From the NCBI GenBank assembly GCA_964016885.1, contig OZ024742.1, forward strand, positions 110,608,001 through 110,672,000: a stretch of 64,000 nucleotides of DNA. Reading direction: 5' to 3'. Both the position numbers and the translations under genes were made by a program. Each line of letters starts with the position of its first letter. Position 1 is the stretch's first letter. The notes beneath the pieces were generated by a model, which ran no database searches, was not told the origin of the DNA, and saw nothing but the letters and a program-made list of their open reading frames with translations. This document shows, in pieces, positions 1 to 15,436 of this stretch. The DNA is from Eledone cirrhosa (Eukaryota).

Positions 1-62
1 CCGGTTGTGTTACAAGTACTGGATCTAGATACACCAGTAACAGCAATGGCGAAGGTGCATAG

Positions 63-136
63 TCAGATGATCAGTAGCATACACACCATGAAGAAAACTG
101 AGTAGAAAAATGGCTGAAATACATAATTGACAGCAC
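63..136 (-). CDS. Probable terminal coding exon of an unidentified host gene; encodes (G)AVNYVFQPFFYSVFFMVCMLLII*, a hydrophobic C-terminal tail (GPI-signal or tail-anchor-like)
   Basis: Acceptor tttgcag precedes 136 on the minus strand; phase-1 start matches the phase-1 end of exon 9015-8831 (G|GT = Gly); TGA at 65-63. Confidence 0.6.
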
Positions 137-2160
137 CTGCAAATGCAACAAACCTCCATAAACAAACTCACTATGAGATGGGAAAGCAGACACGAGCAGA
201 AGATGGTAAAGGGGTTTCTGTTTCTTTTCTCTATTTCTCTTGCATTTTGTCTGACGGTTTAATGACTCTATCACCCAATTCATTTTATAACAAATTCAGA
301 GTCATGAATACAGTGGATTTATTGTTGTGTATGTATTTTGTATTAAGTTAATCAAAACACACATTGAGTTAGGTATCTTGCAAACATGCATTACGATTTT
401 ATTCAAAGACACATTTGTGCGTTAAATATGCATTCAAATGATAGCTATACAAGCAATTTTACACATAAAAACCTACGCATGCGCAATAATTTTAACTACT
501 TACAAATGCAGAACTATCTTTACACGTTTACATTAAGATGTTTCATACCGACTCGTCAAATGATAGCTATATAAGCAAATAAACATAAAAATACACACAT
601 GCACATCAGGTTTAACTACATACAAATACCTCTGTACATTTTGTTTATGGCCTTAATGCTATGGCGAAGTGAAATGATATTACAGCTTTTGTTATTTCTA
701 ACAAATGAAATCAATAAAGATGATGCTGTAATGTTGTACACATCTGATCTCTTATGTTCGATTATTATATCCAACATATTGCACCTGCTCGCGCACGTGT
801 GTGTGTATGTATGGGAATATATGTGTTTGTGTGAATTTAGGTGGATCACTGGAAGAAGTATTTGCTATATACACATCATGAATACACACAAAGCATATAC
901 ACATCATGAATACACACAAAGCATATACACATCAATATGAAAGGATTATGTGTCCCTGTATATATATACATGTATAAGCATGCAATACACATATACAAAC
1001 ACATTTTTATACATGCGCTAAATGATGTATGTATATCTGTATTTCTGCATTTTCAGTGTTCTCATACGTTTTACATATTGTTAAATTTAACCATCATAAC
1101 CTAGGATTCGTCTTGTAAACAATTGTCAAAAGTCTCTAGACAACGATGCATTCAACCTCGCAAATTTTCTTCGTGTAAATAACAAATAATGCCAGTGCAT
1201 TGCACATGATTTCCTTTAAGAAAGTCCATTGGCTGTACAAGCAAACATGTCGACTAGCTAAACCTTCGCTGCGTGTCTCCTATGTGAGAATAAACTTTCA
1301 TCTGTAATGATTTTATATCAACTGTTATTATTTCGTGGTACAAACGCAGAACACCACAGACAGACACACACACACACACACACATAATATGTGTGTACGT
1401 GAGTGTATGTTTGTGTATATATTATATATATATTTATAAATATATGTATAAGTATAAGTATAAGTATAAGTATAAATATAAGTATATACATATGTCTCTT
1501 TTAATCTCTCTCCACACACACACACACAACACACACACACATACGCACACACACGCACACGCACACATACACAAATAAATATAAGTATACAATGTTGCAA
1601 GTATGTAAACATCTATTCGGTAAACTATCATTGCCTTTGGAATTAAGAATTCATAGATCACCTGACATTTGCCCTTCCCCCTTAAAAATCAAGAAATGTC
1701 GCATTATTGGCAAACCATTAGAGAATATATTGTCGAAACCTATTCTAAAACCTTACTATAGAAATCTCGGAAAAATATGTTAAGTGAACCATTCACAGAT
1801 TATATTCATGTTCACATTTCAGAAATGCGGAATTTCAGATTTTATTCTTCTCTACAATAGAGAAATCATTACAAGAGATGTTTATGGTGTATTGGTGAAT
1901 CGACAGGAAATCGACTGTAAACAATATGTTAGATGTATTTAAACAAAGATATTAGCATAAAAGTATTCAAAATTTTCAGATGAAACCTACGTGACTTGTC
2001 AATATATCTCTGCTACTGCTGCTACTATTACATACGGATTATATTCATTTTATTGAACATGAATATCTGAGAGAAAACTTTTCAAATCGCGCCATATTAA
2101 GGGAACAAACGAACGGTTTGCGAGCGCTGAGCAATAAAATATAGTGAGAGAGAGAGGGAG

Positions 2161-2203
<43 letters not shown>

Positions 2204-2254
2204 CATACATATGTATACACACATATATATATATATATATACAAATACATACAT

Positions 2255-2286
<32 letters not shown>

Positions 2287-2658
2287 TCAAATACATATGC
2301 ATATATATATATAAATATATATATAAACATATATACATATTGTTGATGGACTCTGTCATCGTATATCGACGTATGAGGCTTGAACGGTTTTCTCAGTTCA
2401 ATATGTTTATGCCTTAAATAGACTGACTTATACATCAACCCACATTTAGTGCAGATGACTGGATTTTGTGTAGGGCAGGATCGAATACACGCATACACAC
2501 ACACACATATATATATATATGTATATATACATACCTTACACACACACATATATATATGTATATATACATACCATACATATATATATATATGTATATATAC
2601 ATACCATACATATATATATATATGTATATATACATACCATACATATATATATACATAT

Positions 2659-2717
<59 letters not shown>

Positions 2718-2723
2718 CCATAC

Positions 2724-2794
<71 letters not shown>

Positions 2795-3490
2795 TCTAAA
2801 GAATCATTAGATAAAATATATACAGTATTTCCTCTCCCAATCAGAATAAGTTAAACACACAAAAAAATCCTTTAAACGAGGCTATAACTTTCTGCCTTGA
2901 CCACTGGCCACGTGACGCTTCTTAGCCATTTTGAATTCACTTCTGGCGGGAATCACGGTAGAAGAATCTTAGTCCAGTCTGGGGTATCTCCTGATGAGTT
3001 CCGAGCCTCGTGGATTTATCCAAGTCCGGATATATCCAAAAAGTGGAACGAAACCACCGGTTGGTAGAGACGATGAGAATTTTGGTAATATTTATGTGCA
3101 TTTTTTCTTCTAACTTCAATTTTGTACCGAATTCCGTGTAGTTAACTATTTGTCTAGTCAATTTCTACAGGCTAGCAGAAATACTAGCTAAATGTCATAT
3201 GGTTGTACATCGCGGAAAAGGATCTGTATCATTTGTCTACTATTTCCTCATAAGTCCATTTTAATCTTATAGCCTCGTTTAAATGATTTTTTTGTGTGGT
3301 TAACTAATACTGATTGGAAGAGGAAATACTGTATATATTTTATCTAATGATTCTTTGGACTTACATTTTTATAAATTGCTCTGATTAATAATTATTTAAT
3401 TAATTCTTCATTGAGCCACACCGTGAATGGTTGCCAAACGCATATATGTATCTGTGACTTTGTCTAATTTATATATATATACCCTTTGAA
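2795..3490 (+). mobile_element. Non-coding PLE pLTR / retrozyme-like unit carrying an HHR, embedded in (TA)n
   Basis: Visible homology to 26230-26830; contains HHR 2987-3070; flanked by microsatellites. Confidence 0.7.
2987..3070 (+). ncRNA. Type I hammerhead ribozyme
   Basis: TCTC-CTGATGA-GTTCC...GGAAC-GAAA-CCA(CCGGT)TGG-TA-GAGA: three stems and canonical core, GUA cleavage triplet. Confidence 0.85.
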
Positions 3491-3511
3491 TTTAATATAT
3501 ATATATATATG

Positions 3512-3593
<82 letters not shown>

Positions 3594-3887
3594 CACGTAA
3601 AGAACATCGTTATTGCTCCTGTCAGTCTACTAACACCCACTAAATACCCTATACCGAACGCCAACCTATACGCAAACAAACTGTACTCACCCTCCAAATC
3701 TGGCAAAGAAAACGCGGACCATCTATTCTCCCAAACTTGTCTTACACACGCAGATCGTAATAGCCACCTAATAAGAAAGACAGATGTTATATTTGCTTTA
3801 GGGCTCTCATATATTTTATATATATTTATCCGTATCGAACCCTCTCTGGATTTTACTCTTCGCATTTATTATTATTGCTATATATAT

Positions 3888-4118
3888 ATAAGGAAAAGGA
3901 GTCGAAAATGCACTGAAATCTTTTTTAAGAATATTTATTTGTTTCCTTTACCGGTTTAACAGTTCTTATTTCTTATTCATCTAGAAATGCGAGTAAAACC
4001 ATAAACTCTCCATCTCAATTCTATTTTTGAAAAGCAGAAGAAATGTGAAACCGGTAAAGGAAACAAATAAATATTCTTAAAAACACCCCAGTTGCATTTT
4101 CGACTTCTTCTCCTTATA
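3888..4118. repeat. Imperfect inverted repeat (about 70 bp arms, about 90 bp spacer) next to a TA run
   Basis: ttaagaatatttatttgtttcctttaccggttt versus aaaccggtaaaggaaacaaataaatattcttaa. Confidence 0.8.
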
Positions 4119-4743
4119 CTTTCACTCGTGTAGGACAACTCGTTTTTTTTCATTACCCCCCCCCCCTATTTTCTTATAGATATATAATTTTGTCGATTTC
4201 GGATTTACAGAAACCTAGCGGAGATATATATTATATGTGATGTATATTATATGGTATATATCATGTGTTGTGTATGATGTCGACGCGATGGTCCAGGTTA
4301 GTCAAATTTTTAACCTGAGTTCAGTTTTTTCGTCGCTATGTGGTGCCCGTCTATCGGTCGCTGACTTCAATTTGCAAAGCTGTCTAAACGTAATGTTATA
4401 ACTCTAGGGTAATATACCCTATTGAGTGCTTAGCTGCACACCGAGATTGCATTCGTTAGCTTGGCTGCAACCAGAGCTTCGATGATGCTGTACTAAATTT
4501 TGTATATATATATAAAGTCTGTCTGGAATAAACCCTACTGTATAACTTATCCGTGTTATTCTTCACTCCTTCATTATTAATACTCCAGGAACTGCTTACC
4601 TAGAAACTGGCTGGAATCAGCCACCCGAACACCTCTGCTAAGAAAACATTTTGTCTAGTCAAACAACGCCGAACGTTAGAATCATCCACTGTACAGAATA
4701 CTCATAACCTATACTTGGATTACCTTAAACAATACCACGTTTA

Positions 4744-4794
<51 letters not shown>

Positions 4795-4818
4795 TATATA
4801 TATATATATATATATACA

Positions 4819-5144
<326 letters not shown>

Positions 5145-5147
<3 letters not shown>

Positions 5148-6785
5148 TATGCAAAAAGTAAAAAGTATATGGAAACAATAAAGCAACCGCCATAATAGAA
5201 TGAAGAAATATTTTAGTTTAACGCTTGATATAGTGGAAAAAGTATTTTTTCATGTCCGATACTAGTCCTTCAACAGAAGATAGAATAAGAATCATAAGAT
5301 GAAATAGAAAGATAGAATGTGAGATGAAGAAGGCAATGAAAATAATGTTCTCTGAGAAAAAGCACATGTTAATTCAATAAGCCATTTCGAAGTAAAGGAA
5401 GCATATACGTATGCGTGTTCGTTCGTCTATGTCGGTATGTACTTGTGTAGTTGTGAATTCTCCATGTGATGGTCGATGGGTGCGGTGGATATGGCTAACA
5501 TTGAGAAAAGAACGAAACATAAGGTTACAACGATGCTGCTATAGTGTCGAAAACGATATCAGGAGATTCTGTTGTGGGGGTGTTTTCAAGGTAGTAAGTA
5601 TTATCTTTCCTGTTCTCAACTATTCCACTCCTTACCCTTCTCTCTTATGTTCCCTCCTTCCTTCTTTTCTTTTATTTTGTTGCGCATGTTTGTGTTGTTG
5701 TTGTTGTTGTTGTTGTTGAGGTTGTGGGGGTGTAATTTACTAATTTCATTTTGTGAATGTGAGCTGTTGAAGTTATATTGTATGGGTGTTTCGTCTCCCG
5801 CCCTGCGCTGAGGCGTGCGCTTCTGGCGTTTCTCTTTATCCATGGGAGTAGTTGTTTGCATTCTCAGTCTGGTGGTGTGGGTATGTATATGTGTGTGTAC
5901 ACTGTATGTGTGCGTGCTTTGTTGGTATACCTGTGCGTGTATGCAAGTGCACATGTCTGCTGGGTAGCTGTTAGATTGTGGGGCTAGAGGGGTGGACAGT
6001 TTGTAGATTTCTGGATGGCTGTGTAATACTGATGCTCGGTGATGTGTCTAGATGGGGGTTGTGGTGTGGGTGATCAAGAAAAGACGGGCTAAAGGTGAAA
6101 GTGGGTGTTTGTTATGTGTTTACTGGGGGTTGTGATAGTGTTATGTGCATGTGCCTGCTATTCAAGTGTGGTGAATGCACCTATAAGTTCGACCTATTAG
6201 TCATGTAGCTGTGTATACATGATGGTGTTGCGTGCATAAACACAGACTCACGAAAACATGCGCACGCAAAAATGGGGATGGAAAGGTAAAAGGTAAAGGA
6301 GGAGTTGTGTGTGCTTAATGGGAGCGGGGTGATGTACATGTGTGTTCTGCTCAAGTGTAGTGCATACACCTATGTTTTCGTTTTAGTAGTGATGTAGCTG
6401 TGTATGCACTTTATCCATGTGCTCTGTGTCGGTCATGTCTGAGAGGCATGTGTGCCCTGTGGCTATATTCATGTGGTTTCCGATATGTGTTGTACATGCG
6501 GCTGTGTGCGCCCTAGTGGTTACATGGTAGCTCTGTGCCAAGGGCGTGGTGATTTTTGATTCAGGTTGAACGAGTGGGTACCGGGCGCAAGTGCTCACTC
6601 CCGTGGCCAGTTGCGTGTGTTCTGCGTCAGTTGGCGGAGGGGCACGTGTCTGTGTTGGTGAGCTTATAAAATAGTAGTTAATCATCTTACACTCCGGTGT
6701 CATGCAGAGGTCTGAAGTAGAGGTGAGTCTTGTAAATCCTATATTTGCAGGAATTGACGAGGCTGCTCATTCTGTTGAGCAGTCG
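5145..6785 (-). mobile_element. Probable 5'-truncated PLE: extreme GIY-YIG C-terminus plus long CA-rich 3' UTR
   Basis: Minus strand near 6780-6730 reads LNRMSSLVNSCKYR, resembling the LNxRxELxxxCxHR end of the other PLEs here; bounded by TA runs. Confidence 0.4.
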
Positions 6786-7293
6786 TTCTATATATATATA
6801 TCTATGTATTTGTCTGCCAGTGGGTGCGAGTAAACACGTCTCAAGCATATTTTGTGCGAATACACATTTTTAAACATAAGATAGTGTACCCTATATACAT
6901 GAGTGCATGTGATTGAGATGTGATCTAACAACTTGTGGTCGGTTATTTACATATACATGTTCGTCGATATATATATATGAGTGTATTCAGACATGAATGA
7001 GTATTTTCCTATTTACAACTAGTCTAACGGTTAATGACTTCAAATCACATAAACAAACAAGCGATGCCTATCTTTCACTGATAAATAACTCTTTCGTTCC
7101 TTTTCATTCTTATTGTGCCTCAACCTTTAACCCCGATATCTATAATATCATCTTCCTTTCACTCACTAATCACGTTTGTCCCATTGTATTTGTAGTAACA
7201 AATACATTAGATGCAGTAATTCGTCACTCTACACTTTCATGGATTAATGAAAGGAAACAAAACTACTGTCACTAGTTTCCCTGAATTCCATGC

Positions 7294-7400
<107 letters not shown>

Positions 7401-8433
7401 CACATATATAATATATAGATATATATATAAATATATATATATGTATGTGTGTGTGTGTGTGCGTATATATATATATATATATATACATATGTATATATAT
7501 ACATATGTGTGGGTGTGTGTATATATATATATGTACATATATGTGAGTGTAGCTTTATAAACAATGTCATGCAATATTAATTTATAAGCAAATGAACCCA
7601 CAAATGGGAATCAATCGAAATAATCATTTATGCGCTGTAATCGTGTTATCCTTTCCACAGAGATCGCGTTCATGTCAGCAATAAGAATGAGCTGCCACTT
7701 CAACATGACTGGCTTGTTATTTAATACTTTCAGAATTTGTTAACAGAATTATTACGAAAAGTCAGGCTGAGGAAGTTAATCTTGCAAGCAAATGTTGCGA
7801 TGTTTCATTACTGATACGGAGCAAAAAACTTCTTTCGATCTAGAACTGCTTTTGTAAAATACATATATTTTAATATTTATATATATATTTTCATACACTT
7901 CCTTTCTAAGGGGTTTAAGGCACTTATACATATGCATGAAATGCTATTTCAAATAGTAGACACACTAAACCACAGTACATTGATAGCAATCAAGCAACCA
8001 TCGTTCAAGTAAAGGATTTTAAACCCAGGAACCTAGATAGTAATTATCTAAAAACTATTCAACTGTAAACGTCCTGAAGTATCTTTTTGAAAGAAAATTC
8101 CATGCCAAATTGATCCCTTGTTCATCTGATAAAATAACTCTTCATACTGGTTTGTAAAACAGAAAATGATATATATGTAGCAACTAAATAAAAGGCACAC
8201 TAATCATAAAATCTACTGGTCCATTTTAGTCTATAAATATATTAACGCAAAACATTCTATAACCTCTATAACAATAATAAATTCCACCTATTGAATATAA
8301 CAATATACATCATACAAATAAATATGGAATTTATGTGAAATTAGATGAATTCCGCTCATTGGAAGTTAACCAACTCAGATGAAGTGAACCTAAAGCATGC
8401 GACAAGCCATCTCATTATCACTGTGTCATCTTA

Positions 8434-8610
8434 TGGTGGTAGATCGGCAGAATTGTTAGAATGTAGGCCAAATTGATTTGCAGCATTTACGTTCTGAGTT
8501 CAAAGCCCGACATGGTCAACCTTGCCTTTCATCCATCAGGGGCTCGATAAAATGAATTTTTTTCCTACATCCATATTACTGGCTTTGTGTCAATGCTAGA
8601 ATCTATTATT
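8434..8610 (+). mobile_element. Diverged tRNA-derived SINE (family 1)
   Basis: B-box-like gagttcaaagccc followed by core ttgcctttcatcc...tcgataaaat shared with the other copies. Confidence 0.7.
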
Positions 8611-8830
8611 ACTGTATCATCAGAATATACTAAAGCTCTCAAATAAACACCCTGTATTTCATTGATTGCTTCCCGGCATGAAACGAAACGATGTTTGATT
8701 CAAGCAAATCTACGACAAATGCCGCCTCAAACGTGACTATCCTATATTTCTGAAATATTTATAACTACATTTGAAAGATATCGATCACCTTTTTAAAAAA
8801 AAACGATAGTGTTATTTATGGGAAAATTAC

Positions 8831-9015
8831 CCTGTATTATTAAAGGCTCTTCTATAATATAATGTGTACTGTCCCTACTCCTCTGACTATAAGCGACGTG
8901 TAGGAACTTCATCTTTAGTTCTTCATGTGTAGTTTTGAATTCAGGGACATTCAACAATCTGGCCCTCCTACAATATGATTGAGGAGGACAACTTGTTTGC
9001 ACTTGAAGTTGAAAC
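8831..9015 (-). CDS. Probable penultimate coding exon of the same gene (xFQLQVQTSCPPQSYCRRARLLNVPEFKTTHEELKMKFLHVAYSQRSRDSTHYIIEEPLIIQG)
   Basis: Polypyrimidine tract plus tttatag acceptor, CAGG|gtaatt donor, 185 nt open in only one frame (phase 2 in, phase 1 out), non-repetitive sequence. Confidence 0.65.
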
Positions 9016-9479
9016 CTATAAAGAAGTACAAAACTACAAAAAAAAAAAAGAAACAACACAAAATTACTTTGGAGCAATCAAAATATTAATTAGTGGATAA
9101 TATTTGGTCATAATTTACAACCGAAATGGAATTAAAATGAAACATAATTATATCATTTCATTAAGATTATTTTACGAAGAAATGGTTATAGAACTAGTGG
9201 AGCCATAATGAACGTGTGTTAAATATAATCAACACAATAATTGTAGCTGATATACTTATAGAATGTCGGCGTGACATGCACTTATGTAAAGTGATTTGAT
9301 ATTATTGACTTGTTTCATTATTAATTGTACATTTATATGATAAGGCATTGCTGAAGGGTTAATGGGTTCACTGTGAGTTAGTTACGATAGAAATAATAAA
9401 AATAATAACAATAATAATAATAATTAGGATTTCCTTATTAGCCACATGAGCTTGCATTTAGAAATGCAGTAAATATTAT

Positions 9480-10870
9480 AAACGTGGGAATTACAATACA
9501 TATGCGGCTGGACAAAGTTATTTAAAAACGAAGGTAGGAGCAAGAATGCCATTTAATAGACAAATTAATTTGATAAAACATGGCATATGTATAAGATTAT
9601 TATAAAACACTAACATTTACATAAAACATAAAACTATTCAAGGTTACCTACCAAAACACATGTCGGAATCCACTAGTTATGTTGTCCCCATTCCTTTAAA
9701 ACCTTCAGGGGATCACCGAAATCCTTCAAAAGCATTTATTTGGTGTCTTCATAAAAAAAAAACATCCCCATTTTCTGGACAGAAGTATTTTATCTATTTA
9801 TAAACATCTTTTGATGTTAAAGTAAAATCTATCGTCCGGGTCTTCTCGATAATAATCCTTTATTTCTGAAAATATCTATACCTTCCATGGATTTGGGTTT
9901 TCCTCTAATTCGTACACTCTAAGAAACGCAGGGCCTGTATTTCAGTGAGCCACAGTGTTAAAATTTCTGTTGCGTTTTTTATTTCTATTTTCTTCTTTCC
10001 TAGTCCAGTTATAACAATTTGCAGGTCTTCTTCGAAGTCCATTTCGTCTTCACCAACACCAATGGATGAGGTATCTCACTTAGAAGGAAGAATCGCAGCA
10101 TATTTTACCCCAGGATTAGGAGGAAGTAAGACGATATCGTTTAATTCAGAATACGTAGAGGAAGTAGATTTTCCGGTCATCCTCTGAAAGGAATTGATGG
10201 TGGTACAGGGATAGCCCAAGGAGTGTTTTAAGCCCCCAGAGCAGAAACCCTACAAGTGTAACAAATAGGTTTTCTATTCTGTACCATCGGTCATATTAGT
10301 TTTGACTTTGCATCCATAACGAACGAAATTCTAAATTGGTCTTGTAGTGTTGTAGGGTAAGGAGTCCTTGCAAGCTGATACTGACCCCTTCTGATCACAT
10401 AATTTTGACCATTATTTTGGTACTTATTACAATAACATACTGTTTAACAAAGGCACCTATAGTATATGGATCGATATCATTGCTTCTAAATATTACTTTT
10501 GTGCCCGCGCCTCTCCAGGTGCTGAGTGTTTCGCGTACTATTTTGTTTGACTCCTCACTTCATCCGCACACCCGAAAGTCTGACAGGTTGTCCTATAGGT
10601 TTTGTCAATTTGTCATATAGGCTTTGTCAATTCAAGTCTAAAAATCAGGTTGTAGTTCTTTAAAATCACATTTTGAAGGTATAAAAATGTCCCAGCTCCC
10701 TTTGTGAGACAAAGGTAAACCAGTTTCCTCCATACCCACTTCTGGATATATTCTTCGGTAAAGAACATACGGTACTTTTAAATAAAATGTAGCCACCGGT
10801 TTGTTTCAGCCTTTACTTTCACCATATTATAACATTCAGTATTGGATATTACGTTGGCGAGGGATATTTG
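9480..10870 (-). mobile_element. Possible decayed L1/Tx1-like ORF1 (gag-like) fragment
   Basis: Unique sequence with broken frames; minus-strand KPICYTC near 10250-10280 resembles a zinc-knuckle start; weak. Confidence 0.25.
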
Positions 10871-11051
10871 TGCTTGTGTATTATTGTCAAAGTATACAGT
10901 ATTGTTATTGTCATTTATGTTATAAAAGTTACCATTTTTGGAAATAAAACTCTGGTTGCTATTATTATTGCATACGAGTATTTGTTTCAGTATAGTTTTA
11001 TTTGTTTCTCTTTCTATGAGCAGTGTTTGTCATGTTGTAAAATCATTTCAT

Positions 11052-11156
11052 TGCCGAGGTTAACTTTGCTTTTCATCCTTACCGGGTCGATAAAATAAAG
11101 TACCAGTAATGTACTGGTTAATTGATGGCCTTGTGCCAAAAGTAGAAACAATTATT
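11052..11156 (+). mobile_element. SINE family 1, 5'-truncated copy
   Basis: ccgaggttaactttgcttttcatccttaccgggtcgataaaataaagtaccag...gtgccaaaagtagaaacaattatt. Confidence 0.85.
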
Positions 11157-11333
11157 TTTATCAAGTAACTTTGTAATTTGTTTTGATTCATGCTACTTCC
11201 TATCTTGTTTATACCTCTCGCTGCACCTCGCATCAACATTATTTATCAGATTTCGCGTAAATATTATAGGAAATATTCGACTTTACATATATCCCAAATA
11301 TTGGGATAGATTTCCCGATATTATTAAGGTTAT

Positions 11334-11504
11334 TGGCAGTATCGGTAGAGGGTCGGACGCCATGCTTTCGAGCATAGTTACGTCCCTTTATGGTCTGAGT
11401 TCAAATCCCACCGAGGTTAACTTTGCCTTTCATCCTTACGGGGTCGATTACTGGGTAATTACTGGGTAATTGCTGGCCTTGTGCCAAAAGTAGAAACAAT
11501 TATT
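11334..11504 (+). mobile_element. SINE family 1, full-length tRNA-derived copy (core resembles the MetaSINE domain)
   Basis: A-box-like tggcagtatcgg, B-box gagttcaaatccc, core gcctttcatccttacggggtcgat, 3' gtagaaacaattatt. Confidence 0.85.
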
Positions 11505-11603
11505 AAGGTTACTGTTTACTACAAAATAATCCCAAAGTAAAACCATTTTCATCCAATAAAACTTGGTAAAAATCCATTCTCACCGGATCCCTCTTGAGTA
11601 ACG

Positions 11604-11679
<76 letters not shown>

Positions 11680-13069
11680 ACTACTTTAATATAAGGGTTT
11701 CGGCAGACGCTCCTTGGTATAATCATTTACGAGATTTCCAGTAAATTTCATCAGTACTCCCTTATATTATTTCTGAATTAAATTGATGCTTATATTATTT
11801 AACAAGATTTTACATTGAAAAAATATACTTTGTCTTCAGTATCTTGATCATAAAGCATATCATTGTTCAATATAACATTGTGTTAGACGTCTGTCCCGTG
11901 TCGTGTACATATATGTTAACCAGAGTAAAAAAAGCTCGTACCTAAAGATTTCGTGCATCAGTCTTTGAGTAATTGTAAAAATAAATGAATTGAATATGGA
12001 TTGTCAAGGAAGATTGCATGGGCGAAATCAATATGGACAAGATTGCAAACATCACATATATAAATATATGATATATAGTATAATGTGATATGATAGCAAA
12101 CGCAATGATATGTTATAGAATGTCAAGGGAGATTCTGCATTGCCACTCCACCTGTTAGATATAGGAAAAACATCTCTTCAAATGAGATTTTATCGTTTTA
12201 GAAGGGGAAAATATAGATTAAATGATACATCCCTAGATACTCCAAAGAGGTTACGGTTGAAATGAACCAGGATGTATGTTTGCTCGATGAGCTTCAATAT
12301 GGGACTAAACAGCAATAGCCACAACCATAATAGCGACCATCACAATAGAAATAGCCAACAACAGCAGCAGCACCACCACCACCAGCACCAGGACCAGCAG
12401 CAGCAACAGCACCACTACCACCAACAACAACAATAACAACTACAACAGTAGAAACAGCAACAATAACAGCAAAACATCCACTCTAAAAAATGACGCTTAG
12501 TTCCTCCTCTACAAAACAGTACTAATGATATTAATATTATATAGCTAACACAAGCGAATAACATATTCAAATATAATACTATATTTGAATACAGAGCTAC
12601 ATTCTTAATTCAAATAACATTGAAAATTCACTAATAAACAAGCCGAACACAATACTTTATACAACCAAATCCCTCCTGACAACAGAACTAATGAATACGT
12701 TATAAACAATAATGTCACACAATACCGTACATAAATTTCATTATGCAGCCTGTCATAAACTTGCACTAAAAATACATTACAAAAAGTAAATGAAATATAA
12801 ATTAAAAAAATCTCATTATTATCTAATCACTAAACTACAAGTCCTTAAATTAAAAACAAATGATATTTAGAAAACCACATGCAAATATGAATATTGCTAA
12901 CTCTATGACTCATATACTGGAGATTCATTTATGACATACATTGGACATATTGCTTACATATTAGAATAAACTGAGATACATAAGGGATTTAGGCATATTA
13001 GATATATATCAGAATGTAGTGGATATAGAATGCACTTAAATTGGAATATATTAAACATAAATTGGACAT

Positions 13070-13430
13070 GAATTCGTGGTTAAGGCGTTTGCATTGCAAC
13101 CATGTGGTTCTGGATTTAATCCCACTGTACGGCACCTTGGTCAAGTATCTACTGTTATAGTCTTGGTTTTGTGAAGGCGAGTGGCTCAATGACTTGAGTA
13201 TTTGACTCACGGTCGTAACATCGTGAGTAAGACATTATTTTACGTTGCCCCATTCCAGTCAGCATAAATGTTTGTATCTGTACTTCAAAGGACTAACCTT
13301 TTCTCGCTGAATCTCTCTGAAATCACCGTTATGGGTGCACGTGTCAGTGGAATGTACAACCGCTTGCATGTTAATTCAAAAGAAAACAGATCTTTCTCTT
13401 GTTCAAACAACTGGAACAGTCGACTATTTA
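13070..13430 (+). mobile_element. Old tRNA-derived SINE family 2; related fragments near 32630-32780, 39390-39560, 40155-40500, 49330-49460
   Basis: tRNA-like head gtggttaaggcgtttgc...gatttaatcccactg...ggcaccttgg and shared motif acacgtgtc(a/t)gtggaatgt...gcatgttaattc. Confidence 0.55.
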
Positions 13431-15300
13431 TTTCACGTTGCTCCAGTCTCATTATTTGCTAAAAGAAGTCGTATCACGAGAACTACGTGGAGGGTACACG
13501 TTTCTTTGAAATGCTTAGTCACTTGGACGTAAACTTCGTGAGCAGGCTTTTTGTTAATCAAATCAAATGGAACACACACACGAATGTGAATATGTGTACG
13601 TGCATTCATGTCGATGTTTATGTTTATATCCTGTACCTTCGTCAAAAAAATCAATAAAAGTTGTCCTAATGTTGAGTTCGACGAGTCCAACTAAACAGGA
13701 AAAGAATAACATATTTTATCGAATATAAATATGGTTCTTCTCAAGGAGATGCAATGTGCCGCAAAGTTGGCCAATTGAATTGCAAGTACAGCTAAGTTTG
13801 AATTGGAAGTACAGCTAAGTTTTGCAGGACAGAGCAATGTTAAAATAAAATATCTTACTGTGGATAGCTCCACCAAGAATAGAACTCAAGATCATGAGCA
13901 AAACACACCTTACCCCTAAGCTACATGCCTTCTCCTCGGATATATAATGCATTACAATAAAAAAAGTTGATCGTCAGAGTCAGATCGAACCACATCTTTC
14001 AATGTCTGATACAATATTTCCGCTGCAGGTCTGGTGGAAGCAGGAATAGGAATACAAAAAAACCCATCGCTTTAACAATTCCACTAAATCACTCCTGGTC
14101 TAGTGTTTCATTGGACAGAAAAGATGAACAGCAAAACCGAGCTCGGCAGGATAAGAATTCTGTGTGTAGCGGGCCGGAACAAATGCCAAGATGCTTTAAC
14201 GACTTGACACTGTATATTACTTTAAACATACACCAATCATACATTGCACATATAATGGACATATATTGAATTTATATTGTTCATGCATTCTATATATATT
14301 GTACATAAAATACACCAAGTATTCAAAGGATTAGATAATACACGGCATATACTATTTTGGAGACATTGGTCACACAATTCTTTGGATAATGCATATTCAA
14401 TGGACTTACGTTGGGTGCAAAATATGTTGAGCATATTGGAATATACTGAAATATGCATTAGATATATTGTATATTGATTTCGTTAGTTAGACATACAAGT
14501 GCCATATTTTCTAACCGATTCACCATGAATTTACAAGGAAATATTGTAATATATTTTCTCATCACACATGACAAAGGAAACGCAATCTTGATATAACAAA
14601 TAACAACAACAGATGATAACATAGTCATCTTATATTAGCTATGAAATCCATATTAAGAACAAACTATAATGCAAAACACAACACACAAAATAGCATATCC
14701 TAAGCACAAATTAACACACAGACTGCATGGCCACACTGTTTCCTGATAGCTGAAAGAAAGCTGGCGTCATTGGCGAGACAATATATAACGCATGATGATA
14801 GCAAGGAGTAAGAAAGAACAGAACTGTACTTCCATTATTCTCAACTGTCATAAAAAAGGTAGAGACAACTGATAGTAAATCATTTCCCCATAGAAAGATA
14901 AATCTGTAAAGAACTTGAACCGTTCACGAATCTGGGAAATTTATTGTTACAAACAGAAGATAATGTATTAAAAAGGGGAATATGAAAAATCTATAATAAA
15001 CATTTTTAAAGCTGGAACATAATCGTGGGTTAAAAAACACACACATTCTTAGATCCTACACTCCCAAATACACACGCACACACATACACACACCCATACA
15101 CACACATACACACACATACATATATATACATATACATATACATATAAATACACACATTTGATTAAATATATATAGATATAAAAATACATATATATCTCCA
15201 AATCTATCTATCTACACACACACTTACACACTCATATATCTCATATATATATATACATGTATATATGTATATATATACATATATATATATATACATATAT

Positions 15301-15430
<130 letters not shown>

Positions 15431-15436
15431 ATATAT

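Noticed and set aside
5225-5285. HHR-like CTGTTGA...GAAA on the minus strand
   Set aside because: Core mutated and stems I and II do not pair
13637-13690. Candidate 54-nt minus-strand exon
   Set aside because: Weak donor, and the frame needed to join the phase-2 exon at 9015 contains a stop
14560-15010. Possible RTE 3' remnant (KERKLA-like)
   Set aside because: Too decayed to support
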